Shown here: positions 48,853 to 61,680 of the stretch, piece by piece | Layout: the number at the start of each line of letters is the position of its first letter | Numbering within the stretch: the stretch's first letter is position 1 | Position numbers and translations under genes: made by a program | The notes under the pieces: generated by a model | Databases searched by the model: none | Seen by the model: only the letters and a program-made list of their open reading frames with translations | What the model was told of the DNA's origin: nothing | Source of the DNA: Eledone cirrhosa | Taxonomy: Eukaryota | NCBI GenBank assembly: GCA_964016885.1 | Contig: OZ024742.1 | Span: 196,726,001-196,790,000, forward strand | DNA length: 64,000 bases | Reading direction: 5' to 3'

Positions 48853-50902
48853 TAAATTGTCTAAAAAGCTTCCATTATAATTTTATGTAAGAAGCTTTAA
48901 GTTAAAAACCTGAGCAACCTTTACAGTAATTATAGTATGTTTGCATGGTAGAACTTCTTTCTTTGCTGCTCAAAAATATTTTGTCCAAGTGTTGGCATAT
49001 TATCATTGATCAATAGTTGAAACTTTACTTAACATTGTATTCTCATCTCAGACTTATCCACTTCTCTTCATCCCATTACCCCTACTGTAGTGGACTTATC
49101 CACCTATCTTCCACCCATTACCCATACTCTAGTCCATTCTCTTCCAACACCCCCACTCTAGTCTACATATCTATCTCTCTTCCACCCATCACCCATACTT
49201 TAGCCTCCCCCCCCCCCATCTATTCCTCCCATCACCCACCCTTCAGTCTACATATCCACCTCTCCAGTACATACCTATGTCTTTTTCACCACTCCTACAC
49301 CAGTCCACATACCCACCGCTCTTCCAGCCATCACCCCACTCTAGTTCACATACCCACTCTTGCTTCCATCACCCTTACTCTAGCCATTTCTGTTATTCAC
49401 ATGTTCTAATATTTTGACCTATTATGTAGTTCCTAGTTTTTCTAGACTGAAAGGAGATATTTGGAAGAGATTTCACTGATACATATAGATTAAAGTCATT
49501 TTGTGCAAGATTTCTCATGAGTTCACAATCTCCTACTAGTTAGGCTAAACATCCACACATGGATGGGATAGCTGAACAGACACAACATGCATTAACTGAA
49601 ACTTGCATGACAAAGCACTACATTATCCTAAAACACATTCAAGTTTGGTTTAACTCTTTTGTTACCCATGCAAGTGTGCAAAAACGGACCTAAAACGATG
49701 ATGATGATTCCTAATGAAAGACATTGCTTATGATTTTCAAATTATTTTGGAAATAATTAAGAATTTTGTGAGATTTAGTAAAACAACTTTCTCATTATCA
49801 AGCTAGTGTTTCTTACATAAGATTATGATGGAAGGTTTTTAGATAAATATAAACACTTTAACCCTCTTGTTACCATGTTTCTAATGCAATATTTGTCTTT
49901 GATTTTCAAATCATTTTGAAAATAATTAAGAGGCTAGAGGGATTTATAACTGACTTTCTCATTATCAAGCTGGTGTTTGGAACATAACTTAACAAAGGTT
50001 CTTTCATAAACTCATGAGAGGAGGTTTGTAGATAAATATAAACACTTTAAAATAATCAGCTTTTTATCATAGAACCATGGGCAGTTTCAGGTGGTTTGTT
50101 TGCTATCTAAAGGGTTAAGCAATATTCAAGACCTTAAAAAACATCTAAATAATAGACTTGTTACCTTCATACCATTGATTTGAGTTGACATCATCATCAT
50201 ATAATGTCTGTTTTCCCTATTATAAAATGGTTGATAATTCTGCTAAATTACAACAACAACTGTTACGTCATTTTATCACAGACATGATATTCATCATCTC
50301 AACCATTCAGTTAATCTCATCTTGTACAGCTGTTATAAGATGTATGCAGCATAAGCCAGCTGGGCAAAAGTCAAAGAGTGTTCACCACCTGATATAATTA
50401 ATTAGTTTATTTTAAGAAATGCATATATTCTAACTCATTTTGAAATATCAGCAGATTTATCATGACTAATCGGTTGTAAAACTATCAGGCAAGAAAATGA
50501 GTATTTAATTTGTAATATCTGAATATTAGGAATAAAATGTTTTTGGGAGTCATTGATTATTGAGGTTTGTTCCCTTCCTTAATAATCAATGACTTGGGTA
50601 ATGAGTGAAAGAATACAATTGCAAATACAAGCAGCCTGGATTCTACAATACAAAGCTGTTTATTTTAAATTGTTTATATTTATGTATAAACCTTCCCTTG
50701 TAATTCTATGTTAGAACCTTTGTTATGTTCTGTTCCAAACATCAGCTTAATAATGAGAAAGTTTGTTATATTACTAAATCCTTTTAAATACTTGACTGTT
50801 TTGAAAAGAATTTGGAAATCACAAACAGTTTATTTCATTAGAAACATGACAATGAAAGGGTTACAATATTGCACTGCAACTCCAGCTATCAAGTGTATCC
50901 CA

Positions 50903-51112
50903 TGGCAGTATCAGTAGAGCGTTGGACACCATGCTTTGCAGCATAGAGTTATGGCCCTTTACGTTCCGAGTTCTAATCCCACCGAGGTTAGCTTTGTCTT
51001 TCATCCTTACAGGGTCGATAAAATAAAGTTCCTGTAATACCCTGGCATTGATTTAATCGACCGTCCCCCCCTACCCCCAATTGCTGGCCTTGTGCCTATA
51101 GTAGAAATCATT
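50903..51112 (+). mobile_element. Family A SINE
   Basis: Same A/B boxes and central motif as 2628. Another copy lies at about 55720-55930. Confidence 0.88.
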
Positions 51113-52272
51113 ATTTTATATTTAGTCAATACATTTTTCAGCATGTTATTAAATATCATAATACCAATGTAAATCTTTGGGCCAATCTCCTCACTTCCAC
51201 TGCTAAAACCTTCATTATCATTCTTAATAGCCTCATCAGATTTATATTTTTAGATTTGTTTTCAATTAAATAGAAAATTTGAAATATTTTTTTTCAATTT
51301 CCTGTTTCTTGACTAACTGTTTTATATTAGTTATTATGTTTCTAAAACTTTCTGGTTGTTGTTGGAATGTTTCTGAATAAGCATATTTTTATTTTTGTAT
51401 TCTGCAATTCTTGTACACTAATTGTGTATTGTTATTGTGTATTATTATTGTTTGGAGATAAGAACATGTGTTAATACATATCTCAGTGTTTGTTTTACAA
51501 CTGCCATCTTATTAAGCTGTAACACAACTGCTTTCTCTCAGCAAAGGCTTATATCATCATCATCACCACCATAATCATATTAGTGTTGTTTCAATTTTGA
51601 TATTTTAAAAGATAATTATGTCTTAAAGAACATGCCTCACATTCATTATTATTCTTTGGTAAATATAGCATAGTCCAGCGTTCATTGCATGTTTTAACCC
51701 TGAACTGTAACACCCTTCTGTTGGTGGGTTGGTAGTGGTGACCAAATCACTGCCCATCTTCTTCTGGTTTTGAACTTATCTTCTTTTTCTTGCTCTGTAT
51801 AAGAGGCCCTTTCTGCTGCTTCCCCCATCCTGTGAACTGCTGCCTTCCCTCTTCCTGTCATTATATAAACTTTATAAATATAATGTAACAAATATTCTGG
51901 GGGTTCCTAAGCTTGACTGCTATCTATTGGCTGGACAAGATCCAGTAAGATTGTATTTGATTTTTACAATTATGCTATCAGTTATAGGATTCTATGCTTT
52001 CAGTTGGTAAATGCATCTAAGGTATTTGCCATCACCTGAATCTACTATACATATTGGATTGTTATAGCAGTTGGCCTTACCATGTGGTTAAAACGTTTGC
52101 TTCACAACTACTTGGCTTCAAGTTTAATCCCACTGTGTGGAATTCTGGGAAAGTCTATTATCATTGTCTTGGGTTGATTGAAACCTTGTAAATGAAATTT
52201 GGATAGCAGAAACTCCACGGAAACTTGTTAGTGGTAAATTTAGACTAACTACTATGTTATTTCTGTTTTCAG

Positions 52273-52359
52273 ATTATGTACAAAACAATTTACAGCTGTT
52301 TACCTGGTAATCTGCTCAGACCTAATATGATACGCAGAGCTCATTTGTATGCAGAAGAG
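52273..52359 (+). CDS. MRPL13: MRPL13 coding exon 5 (IMYKTIYSCLPGNLLRPNMIRRAHLYAEE)
   Basis: ttttcag acceptor, gtaatt donor, 87 nt, phase 0/0; LPxNLxR motif. Confidence 0.95.
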
Positions 52360-53231
52360 GTAATTTGTTGATTATCTTATTATTATGAAGTTTTAACTTC
52401 ATTGGTTATGTATCTAGATAGATTATAATTTTCATCAGTAGAGGTAGACCAAGAAAGACCTGGGCAGAGGTGGTGAGAGCTGACCTCAAATTGCTGAGAA
52501 TCATAGAGGAGATAGATGACAAAGGAACATGGCGAGTGGAGAGATGCTGTGCTGAAAAGGACTTGATGAACTCATGCAAGCATGTAAAAACAATGATGCT
52601 GCTGATATGATGTATCTAGACAAATTAATTATATTTTTCATTAAGATGTATTTAGAAAGATTGATCATAATTTTCAAAGATATGATGTATTTAGAATGAT
52701 TGATCATAAGTTTCATAGGTGTCATGTCTCTAGAAAGATTGATCATAATTAATCAACTTCTCCAGAATCAAGAAGTCTGAGAACAATATGGGAGATTCTG
52801 CATTTTTGCACACACATATGCATACAGCCACATACACACACATGAATTCACATGCACGAACACACACACATTCACCCTTTGATAAAACTGATATTCAGAT
52901 TTTTAAACAAAATTTGATGATATAGAAATAGGTATATTTTCAAATGACAAGGAATTATAAGATACATTTCATAGGAAGTTACATATATACATACACACAA
53001 GATTTAATACTTATTTATTTTCATACACCAGTTAAGTTTCATTTTAATTATTTATTATAATTTCCCAGTCAGTTAGTTTAATAACCGGATGATTGTTTAG
53101 TTGTTGATTGTCACACATTCTGTGACCTCCTCAGTGACTACTTTTGTTACTTTGTGTCTCCTCTGTGTTCTGTTTTTTGTCTTTGTGAGCTGTCTTTAAT
53201 TTATTTTCCTTATGCCTCAACTTATTTGTAG

Positions 53232-53353
53232 GATGTTCCCGAAGAGATTTTAAAGAATGTATCTGATCAACTGAGACAGTTGCGGCCTATTCCAAAATAT
53301 TTAGATGACTACACGAAAGAAGAAATTGAAGGTTTCCCCAAACTTTTTGATTG
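53232..53353 (+). CDS. MRPL13: MRPL13 coding exon 6 (DVPEEILKNVSDQLRQLRPIPKYLDDYTKEEIEGFPKLFDW)
   Basis: tttgtag acceptor, gtaagt donor, 122 nt; mitochondrial-type C-terminal PExILKN...IPKxLDxYTxEEIxxFP. Confidence 0.97.
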
Positions 53354-53427
53354 GTAAGTCAGTCAGTTACTTTCCAAAGATCTCTCATATGAATTCAAAA
53401 GTTTTCTTTCACATGCTGAAGTTATAG

Positions 53428-53758
53428 TACCAGACCACAAAGTCATATGGTCTAATTTTATTATTTTATGACCAGACCACAAAGTCATAAATTCTAATTT
53501 TATTATTTTATGACCAGACCACAAAGTCATAAATTCTAATTTTATTATTTTATGACCAGACCACAAAGTCATAAATTCTAATTTTATTATTTTATGACCA
53601 GACCACAAAGTCATAAATTCTAATTATATTATTTTATGACCGGACCACAAAGTCATAAATTCTAATTTTCTTATTTTATGACCAGACCACAAAGTCATAA
53701 ATTCTAATTTTATTATTTTATGACCACACCACAAAGCCATATTGTCTAATTTTATTAT
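53428..53758. repeat. 42-bp tandem repeat, ~8 copies
   Basis: Unit tgaccagaccacaaagtcataaattctaattttattatttta. Confidence 0.95.
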
Positions 53759-54059
53759 GTGCTTTTTGTTGTGACACCTACATGAGCACTCTACAGTGTG
53801 GACTAGGTGCTTTTTGTTGTGACACCTACATGGCCACTTTACAGTGTGGACTGGGTGCTTTTTGTTGTGACACCTACATGAGCACTCTACAGTGTGGACT
53901 AGATGCTTTTTGTCATATATATTAGAAGAATTGATAGAATCAGAATCAAAGATTTTTTTTGTTTGTTTCTGATGTATTTTTCAACTGCTAATGTGACATG
54001 TACATTTGGTAGCAGTATGTTTAGCTTAGAACTCTTGCTAGCAGGGAAAGTGGCTCTTA

Positions 54060-54405
54060 AATGATGATGGTAGTAGTTGTGGTGATGGTGTTGATGGTGG
54101 TGATAATAATGACGGTGATGGTGGTAGTGATAGTAGTTGTGGTGATGGTGGTAGTGATAGTAGTTGTGGTGATGGTGTTGGTGGTGCTGATGATATTGGT
54201 GATGGTGGTGGTAGTGGTGATAATGATGATGGAGGTAGTTGTGATAATAATGATGGTGGTGGTGGTGATGTTAGTCGTGATGATATTGATGATTCCAGTA
54301 GTTGTGGTATTGATGATAATGATTGTGGTGGTGATGATATTGTTGATGGTGGTAGTGTTTGTGGTGATGATGATAATAATGATAATGGTAATGATGATGA
54401 TGATA
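54060..54405. repeat. (GAT/GGT)n degenerate trinucleotide repeat
   Basis: Direct inspection; a similar tract on the opposite strand lies at 60225-60425. Confidence 0.9.
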
Positions 54406-55306
54406 TCCTAGCTGGAATTAAATTTACACTCACATTCCAGCTAAACAAACAGAGATGATAGTTTAATCATTCTGTTGGTCATAAAACTACATTTATCATA
54501 TTTTCTTTATTCCATGAAAATATTATTGGGATGATTGAAAGATGTGATGAATGTTAAAATAGATGTGGAATCAAAGGAGTGATATATTCTTGTGTTCTTG
54601 GAAACTAAATGATTCTGAATTTCTTGTTTATTTCCTTATTTTTAATATTTTAATGGTTTTAACCCTTTAGCATTTACATTACTCTATATTTACTATTATA
54701 TTTTCATAGTAAAGGCTTTATCTCACATATGGAATCTATGAGATTTTGATATCATTTATTTTGAGAACAATAGCTTAATGTTGGATGACTAGCCAGTTAC
54801 GGCTGGTTTGAACAGAAAGTGGTGAGAGAATTCTGGCTGGATACGGCCGGTTTAAATGTTAATTTAAGGGTTAATCTTCGACTTTGTTGAAATTGATGCC
54901 TGAACAGCTGTTAGTTGATGTCTGTAGAAATAATATGGATAGGGGAAGATTGGGAATAGTTGTTAGTACAGAGCCTAGTAGGGAAAAGACACAAAATAGG
55001 TGACATTGGTAGGGAGTGTCTGGTGGGCTTGGGTGCTGGTGGTGGTTGGTTTTGGTGGTGGCAGTGGTATGTAACTAGCCACTTTTGCAGAGCAGAAATT
55101 GTTGTAGTAGCTGGAGAAAGGGCTGAGTGAGAAGACAGAGTGGTTAGTTAGTAAAGGGAGTTGAAGTGTTATAGTGAGGGAATACTTGCCAGTCAGTTGG
55201 ATTGCTGTCTTTTGGATGTTCTTTTATTTGTGTGTAACTGTTTATATACTGAAAACTGAGGGAGAATGCTTGTCATAACTAATTTTTTGTTTCTTTATCA
55301 TTATAG

Positions 55307-55349
55307 GCCATCAGATTATGTGTTTGAGGAAAGGAAACAAGAAACTTAA
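55307..55349 (+). CDS. MRPL13: MRPL13 terminal coding exon 7 (PSDYVFEERKQET*)
   Basis: ttatag acceptor, phase 2 completes the TGG codon; PxDY motif; TAA at 55347-55349. Exons total 561 nt. Confidence 0.9.
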
Positions 55350-55407
55350 AGAGTCTACAAACCATCTTAACTTTGCTTTCTCAAATTCATTTATATTCAT
55401 AGTTTCT

Positions 55408-55413
55408 AATAAA
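55408..55413 (+). terminator. Polyadenylation signal AATAAA of MRPL13
   Basis: AATAAA about 60 nt after the stop, followed by U/GU-rich sequence. Confidence 0.65.
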
Positions 55414-57334
55414 AGAAAAGCTGTTTTATTTAAAAATTTCATGTTTTCATTTTTTGTATTATGGACATGGGGTTAGAATGTTTAAGGAACGAATCAGTAG
55501 ACAGATTTTATAGGGAAAGCCAACCAGCAGAAGATCCATAAGCCTGGTTGGTCTTGCTTGGAGATCTTACTGGTAATTTGGAGATTGTTGCTTCTGATAG
55601 GACCTTCTCAAAGGCATGTCTTAGGGACTCTGCTCCATGACCCTCAGGAATAATTGTGTGAAGAAGGAGGAAGAAAAAGTGAAGAAGGAAAAGATTATTA
55701 TTATTATAAGCCATCAAACTGGCAGTATCGGTAGAGCATTGGACACAATGCTTTGCAGCATATAGTTACGTCTGTTTACATTCTGAGTTCAAATCGCACC
55801 GAGATTAGCTTTGCCTTCATTCTTACGGGGTCGATAAAATAAAGCACCAGTAATGCACTGAGGTCAATTTAATTGACTTTCTCCTTACCCCCAAAATTTC
55901 GGCCTTGTGCCTAAATCAGAAACCATTATTATAAGCTATCAAAATGACAACACATATTTAACCTCATTCCTAGGTCACTATTTACATGTTTTATACCGGT
56001 TTTGGGGTTTTAAGAAGACTCAATTTTGTTCTTTGTCCCTTAAGGAAACCACCCTCCTTATAGAGGCCAGTTGACTTTATTCATTTCTAACACAGATGAC
56101 AGCGACAACACAAATGATAACTAAAGACATGAAACAGCCAAGGCCAACAAATAGGGCAGGGGTAGAAAGAGCACTGAAAGAAATAATGCCCAATGTACAA
56201 CACATCACCAGGTCAGGGCCGTTAGCGGGCATTTCAGTGCTCTTTAAAAGCAAACCTCTAGCTATGAAATACTCCATAGTTCCCTGTCAGAGAGAAAAGT
56301 GTATCTTCATCCCTCTTATCTTGGAAGAAGAATGATGAGGGAAAATTTCCGGGATCCCACCAGAAGTAAACATCTGGAAGATATTGGCCTGCATTGTCCT
56401 AGAGGGAAGCAACACTCATGAATGTGAAATGAACACAAAGAGAGAACTGGTCTGGGATCAGTGTGGCGGCACTACTCCACATCACACTGGATGACATCCA
56501 CAAGATCCTAGACCTCATACACCTGCCTGGCGGAGTGGATTGACATGTTTTAATTTAGGGCATGGAAATGTCAAATGGACCTGTCCGAGATGCATGCAGA
56601 TACTTGTTCAGACTTCGTGCATTACTGACTTGTGCAGTTTTGTTGAACAGCTATTATCATGAGTAGAACGGATCCATCTTTCAGCTGAATTCATCATGAA
56701 GATCGCTTAGCCACCTTCGTTTTGCTGGGAAGGGCAAGCAGTATTTTGGCTGGGTTTCTATGGCTGGATGCCCTTCCTAATACCAACCACATTATAGTAT
56801 GGACTGGGTGCTTTTTATCATGGCACCAAAATAATCACCTTACTTGGTGAACTGGGTGCTTTTTGTCATGTCACCAACATGACCACTTTACAGTGTGAAC
56901 TGGGTGCTTTTTGTCGCTGAGACTCATGGAGGAGTTGATGAAGAAACTTGGTGAGTGGAGAGATGCCATGCTGAGAAGGACCCATCCAACCCGTGCAAGC
57001 TTCGAAAAATGGATGTAAAAACGATGATGATGATGATATAAATATGCATACATATATCATCATTATCATTTAATATCTGTTTTTGCTGCTAACAAGGGTT
57101 AACAACATGCTATCACAGACCAATCAGTTGTCAAGTGGTGCCTGATAAACAATCCTGTGCTTTACCAAGTGCAGTTTATCAATACTAGGGAAGTTATGTC
57201 TTTGGCAAGCTGAAAAGTCCTTCCAACTCTTTGTTTGGCAAGTTTTCTATGGTTGGCTGTCCTTCATATCACCAACCACCCACACTAGAGAGATTGTCAT
57301 GTACACCCACTGTCATGGCCTGGGGGACTATATT

Positions 57335-58580
57335 AAATAGAAGTAGACTGATGACAGTCCTGATGCACTCTAACCTGCACATTGAATTCCTCACTAAACT
57401 CACTTCCTACTTTCGCATTATGGACAACTCCATTATGGCTTACACTGCTCTCATGAGCCATTCTTCTGCACCTACTTTCTTTAGGGTCCACCAGATGACA
57501 GATTGTGGTACTCTGTCAAAGGCCTTTTACAAATCAAAGAAAACTAGATATAGCAACTTATATTTGGCCAGGAACTTCTCTTATAGTTGTCTCACTAAGA
57601 AGAAGGTATTCATGGTACTCCATTCTGTCACAAAACTAAACTGCATGTCATCTAATTTGACTCTCCCTAAATAGTTGTGCTAAGACTATTTCTATCACTT
57701 TCATAACTTGATTCATCAGTTTTATGCCTCTGTAATTGCTCCTTTCTAGAGTACCACATTTTCCTTCGTAGTAATTAATAATTATACTGCTATATCATAT
57801 AGAATGTACACAATATAGATCTTGGATACACAAGAGGTGTAGTGAGATTGCAGGCAAACTAACAGGAAGGGAAAACATCATATGTAGTAGATGTTCAGGG
57901 AAATTTGATAGTAGAAGTGTCAGTGATAGGCACATTTATCAAATGCAGGTAGGATCTATGAAGGTGGTTGATAGCTTCTGATACCTAGGTGATCAGATTA
58001 GCGAGGGTGGAGGATGCTCCGAGGCCATAATCTCTAGAATAAGGACAGAATGGAAGAAGTTTAGGGAGCTGCTTCCTCCGTTGACAATGAAGGGTTTTTC
58101 CCTATGAACGAAAGGTCGGTTATATGATACCTGTATGAGATGCACAATGCTGCATGGTAGTGAGACATGGGCAGCAACTGTGGAGGATATGCGACAGCTG
58201 GAGAGAAATGAAGCAAGCATGCTCTGATGGATGTGCAATGTCAATGTGTGTGAGCGACCAAGCATAGACAAGTTGAGAGTGAAACTGTATAAGCGGGATA
58301 AACTAGTGTGCAGGAGAGAAGACTGTGTTGGTATGGCCATGTGATGCACATGGAAGATGACAGCTGGGTGATGAAGTGCTAAGAAATCCCAGTGGAAGGA
58401 AGACACAGTAGAGAAAGACCACAAAAAACATGGGTGGAGGTGGTGGGAGCTGACCTCATATCGCTGAAGCTCACAGAGGAGATGACAAGGGACTGTGACA
58501 AATGGAGAGATACTGCGCTGAAGAGGACCCATCCCACCCTTGCAAGCAGGGAAACATGGACGTAAAATGATGATGATGAT
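57335..58580. mobile_element. RTE LINE pieces: minus-strand RT fragment (~57335-57790) joined to a plus-strand 3' end (~57800-58580)
   Basis: Minus: FDL*KAFDRVP..VIWWTL. Plus: YLGDQISEGGGCSEAIISRIRTEWKKFRELLP, HGSETWA, and a (GAT)n tail. Confidence 0.85.
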
Positions 58581-59223
58581 TGAACATTGGGTATGACAGC
58601 ATCATGTATTACCTTATTGAGTATGTGAGGGACTAGCTTAGCTCCTACTTCCCTAGATAATTTCAGAATCTCAGCGACTATCTCTGTTATTTCAGCAGCT
58701 TTTTCATTTTTCATCCTCCCTCTTCTATATAGGATCTCATCAAATATGTATTCATAAGCACAGAACACATTCTAACTATATCATCATCATCATCATCATC
58801 ATTTTTACGCCTATTTTCCATGGGTTGGACAATTCTTTTTCACATTGTAATTCTCTCTATATAGTTAGAATGTGTTCTGCACCTCTAAATGTATATCTGA
58901 TGAGATGTTGCAGATTATGATTGAACTCTGAGCTGATTCATATTGAAACAATTATCAAAGTGAAACCTTATAGTGCTATTTCAAACCTGGAGAGTATGGC
59001 TAAAAATCAATCTATGTAATCGATCATCGAAAGCAGGTATGAAAAAGCAGTATAAGGTTTCACTTATGATTCCATCTGTGTACATATTCTTCTATAGAAT
59101 ATGTATTGGTATATATATATATTATATACCGTGTTACTTTCACAGTATATGGCCCCTTCTCTCTCTATATAAACATATATCTTTTAATTTGGTTATATAT
59201 ATATGATGATGATGATATATATA

Positions 59224-59256
<33 letters not shown>

Positions 59257-59588
59257 GGAGACACATGGCTTAGTGGTTAGAGCATTGGCCTTGCAATCGA
59301 ATGGTTGTGAGTTCAATTCTCAGACCGGGTGATGTGTTGTTTCCTTGAGCAAGACACTTTATTTCACATTGCTCTAGTTTACTCAGCTGTAGAAATGAGA
59401 TGATAGGGACTGGGGTCCATATCATTCCACTGTGAAGTGGTTGTGGAGGTGCCACGGCAAAAAAGCACCCAGCACTCACTGTAAACGAGGTTGGTGTTAG
59501 GAAGGGCATCCAGCTGTAGAAATCAAGCCAGAATCAGTTCCCATCCCACCCTTGCAAGCAGGGAAAAGCGGACGTAAAATGAGGATGA
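59257..59588 (+). mobile_element. Full-length tRNA-head CORE-like SINE (family B) with RTE-type tail
   Basis: A box tggcttagtgg, B box gagttcaattc, CORE-like ccttgagcaagacacttt, tail nearly identical to the RTE 3' end at 58530-58580. Confidence 0.88.
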
Positions 59589-60998
59589 TATATATACAAG
59601 TAGCGAGGAATGAGCCCTCAATCTATCTGAGAGGTTAGTAGCTCTGATAAAGTCCTGATGGTCTGTGATGACCTGTCCAACCTTTGCTAGCAGGGAAAAC
59701 AGACCTTAAATAATAATGATGATGATGGTATATATTACAACTCTTGTAAGAGCTGGACAAATAATTGCTGATGTTCAAAAATAATTGCTAACTATACTAA
59801 AATGAAAATTGAATTTGCAGCCAGCCAAGTATTTTTTCTTTGGAATAATTGGATTTTAGTTGCTTGCACATTTTTTAATAAATGTCAAATTAACTGAAAA
59901 GAGTATGAGATAGTAATGTACCATTATACTAATAGTTACCAAAAGACAACAAATAAATTACAAGTATTTTACAGGGTATTAGATATTGGGTTATATTTCA
60001 CCAGGATGAGATAAGATATGACACATGTACGATATTTTCCAAGAAAAATAAATGCAAGATGTTTTTTAAAAATTTACTCACCACAGTTTTAATGGTACTG
60101 AGATTAAAAGAAAGCTTTGAAAATGTTTCTTTCTTACAAATTTTGAATATTTATTTATATATCATTAACATTAATTCAGATAGCTCTAGAAGGATGTTAC
60201 TGTATATTCATGTATTACTGTGTATAATGATGATGATGATGATCATCAGCATCATCACCATCATCTTCATCTTCACCACCACCACCACCACCACAACCAT
60301 CATCATCCATCCTCATCATTACCACCATCATAATCACCTCCACTACCACCACCATCATCATCACTACCACCATCATAATAACTCCACAACCCCCACTCCA
60401 CCCCACCCCCACCATCACTATCACCAGCTTGTATATCTCATTCACGGTGTAATTAATAGCATTCAATGTCGAGGAAAAGCTTAATGAAGTCAGGACTCTA
60501 TCAAGACAAACAGTTACAACTGATATTGCTTTTAGTCTGAATTAAAACAAAATATATATTAACCAGCTTTTTGATAAGTACATAGATTGTACTTGATAAC
60601 TCTCAATGAATTTGCTAAATCATGGAAATCTATTGCTGGGCATGTGTAAAAGAATAAAAAACAAAACGAAAAGATTTAGTATAAGAGCTGCTGCTACATA
60701 ATTTCTCAGTATCGAACAAAAAAAACTCTAAGTTGATCCAGATGTAACTTGATTGTGGAAATATGATGTTCCAAAATAGATATTGTAGAGGTTGAAGCAT
60801 CAAACCAGATGCTGCTGGTAAGGCAGTGGTTCTGAGCGCTATTTTCCCAAGGGGGTGAGCTATTATGAATAAAAACATTCTTAAAAGGTTTGAAAATTCT
60901 ACGACTTTTGGATAATGCTGTTATGAAGGGACAAAGTATTAAGTTGAAACATATTTGGGAGTCTAATGTTGCTCTTTATTAATTTATTAATCCAAACA

Positions 60999-61680
60999 TG
61001 TTATATATTTCACACATGCCCCTAGATCTACCCCTCCCCTAAGTCCTCAGCCTACACTGTAAAGTGTTTGTGTAACAGTCTCAACAAAAAGTGCCCCCAG
61101 CTCATACTGTAAAGTGGCTGTGTAGGGGTCATGACAAAAAGACCCCAGCCCACACTGTTATATATTTCACACATGCCCCTAGATCTACCCCTCCCCTAAG
61201 TCCTCAGCCTACACTGTAAAGTGTTTGTGTAACAGTCTCAACAAAAAGTGCCCCCAGTTCATACTGTAAAGTGGTTGTGTAGGTGTCATGACAAAAAGAC
61301 CCCAGCCCACACTGTAAAGTAGTTGTGTAGAGTCATGACAAAAAGCCCCCAGCCCATACTGTAAAGTGGTTGTATAGGGGTCACAACAAAAAGCACGCAG
61401 TCTCCATTGTAAAGTGGTTGTGTAGGTATCACACCAAAAAGTGCCCAGCCCATGCAGTAAAGTGGTCATGTAGGTGTCATGACAAAAAGCACCCAGCACA
61501 CACTGTAACTGTGGTTGGTGTTAGGAAGGACATCCAGCCGTAAAAACCAAGCCAAAACCAGTCCTGTGTGAGCAAGGCATGGTGATTGGACCTGGCTTGT
61601 CTCACAATGGGACATCTTGTCCAACCCATGCTAGTGTGGAAAATGATGATGATGAAAATAATGATGATGATGATGATGAA
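60999..61680 (+). mobile_element. SINE-like element with internal tandem units and a 157-bp direct duplication
   Basis: 60999-61155 is repeated from 61156; recurring actgtaaagtggttgtgtagg..catgacaaaaag units; (GAT)n tail. Confidence 0.8.

Noticed and set aside
56030-56730. Higher-GC stretch with short ORFs downstream of MRPL13
   Set aside because: Frames are interrupted and I recognise no protein; probably a decayed retroelement fragment, but not assignable.
59257-59330. tRNA genes at A/B-box sequences (also 2628, 3738, 50903)
   Set aside because: They are SINE heads: no complete cloverleaf, and each continues into a SINE body.
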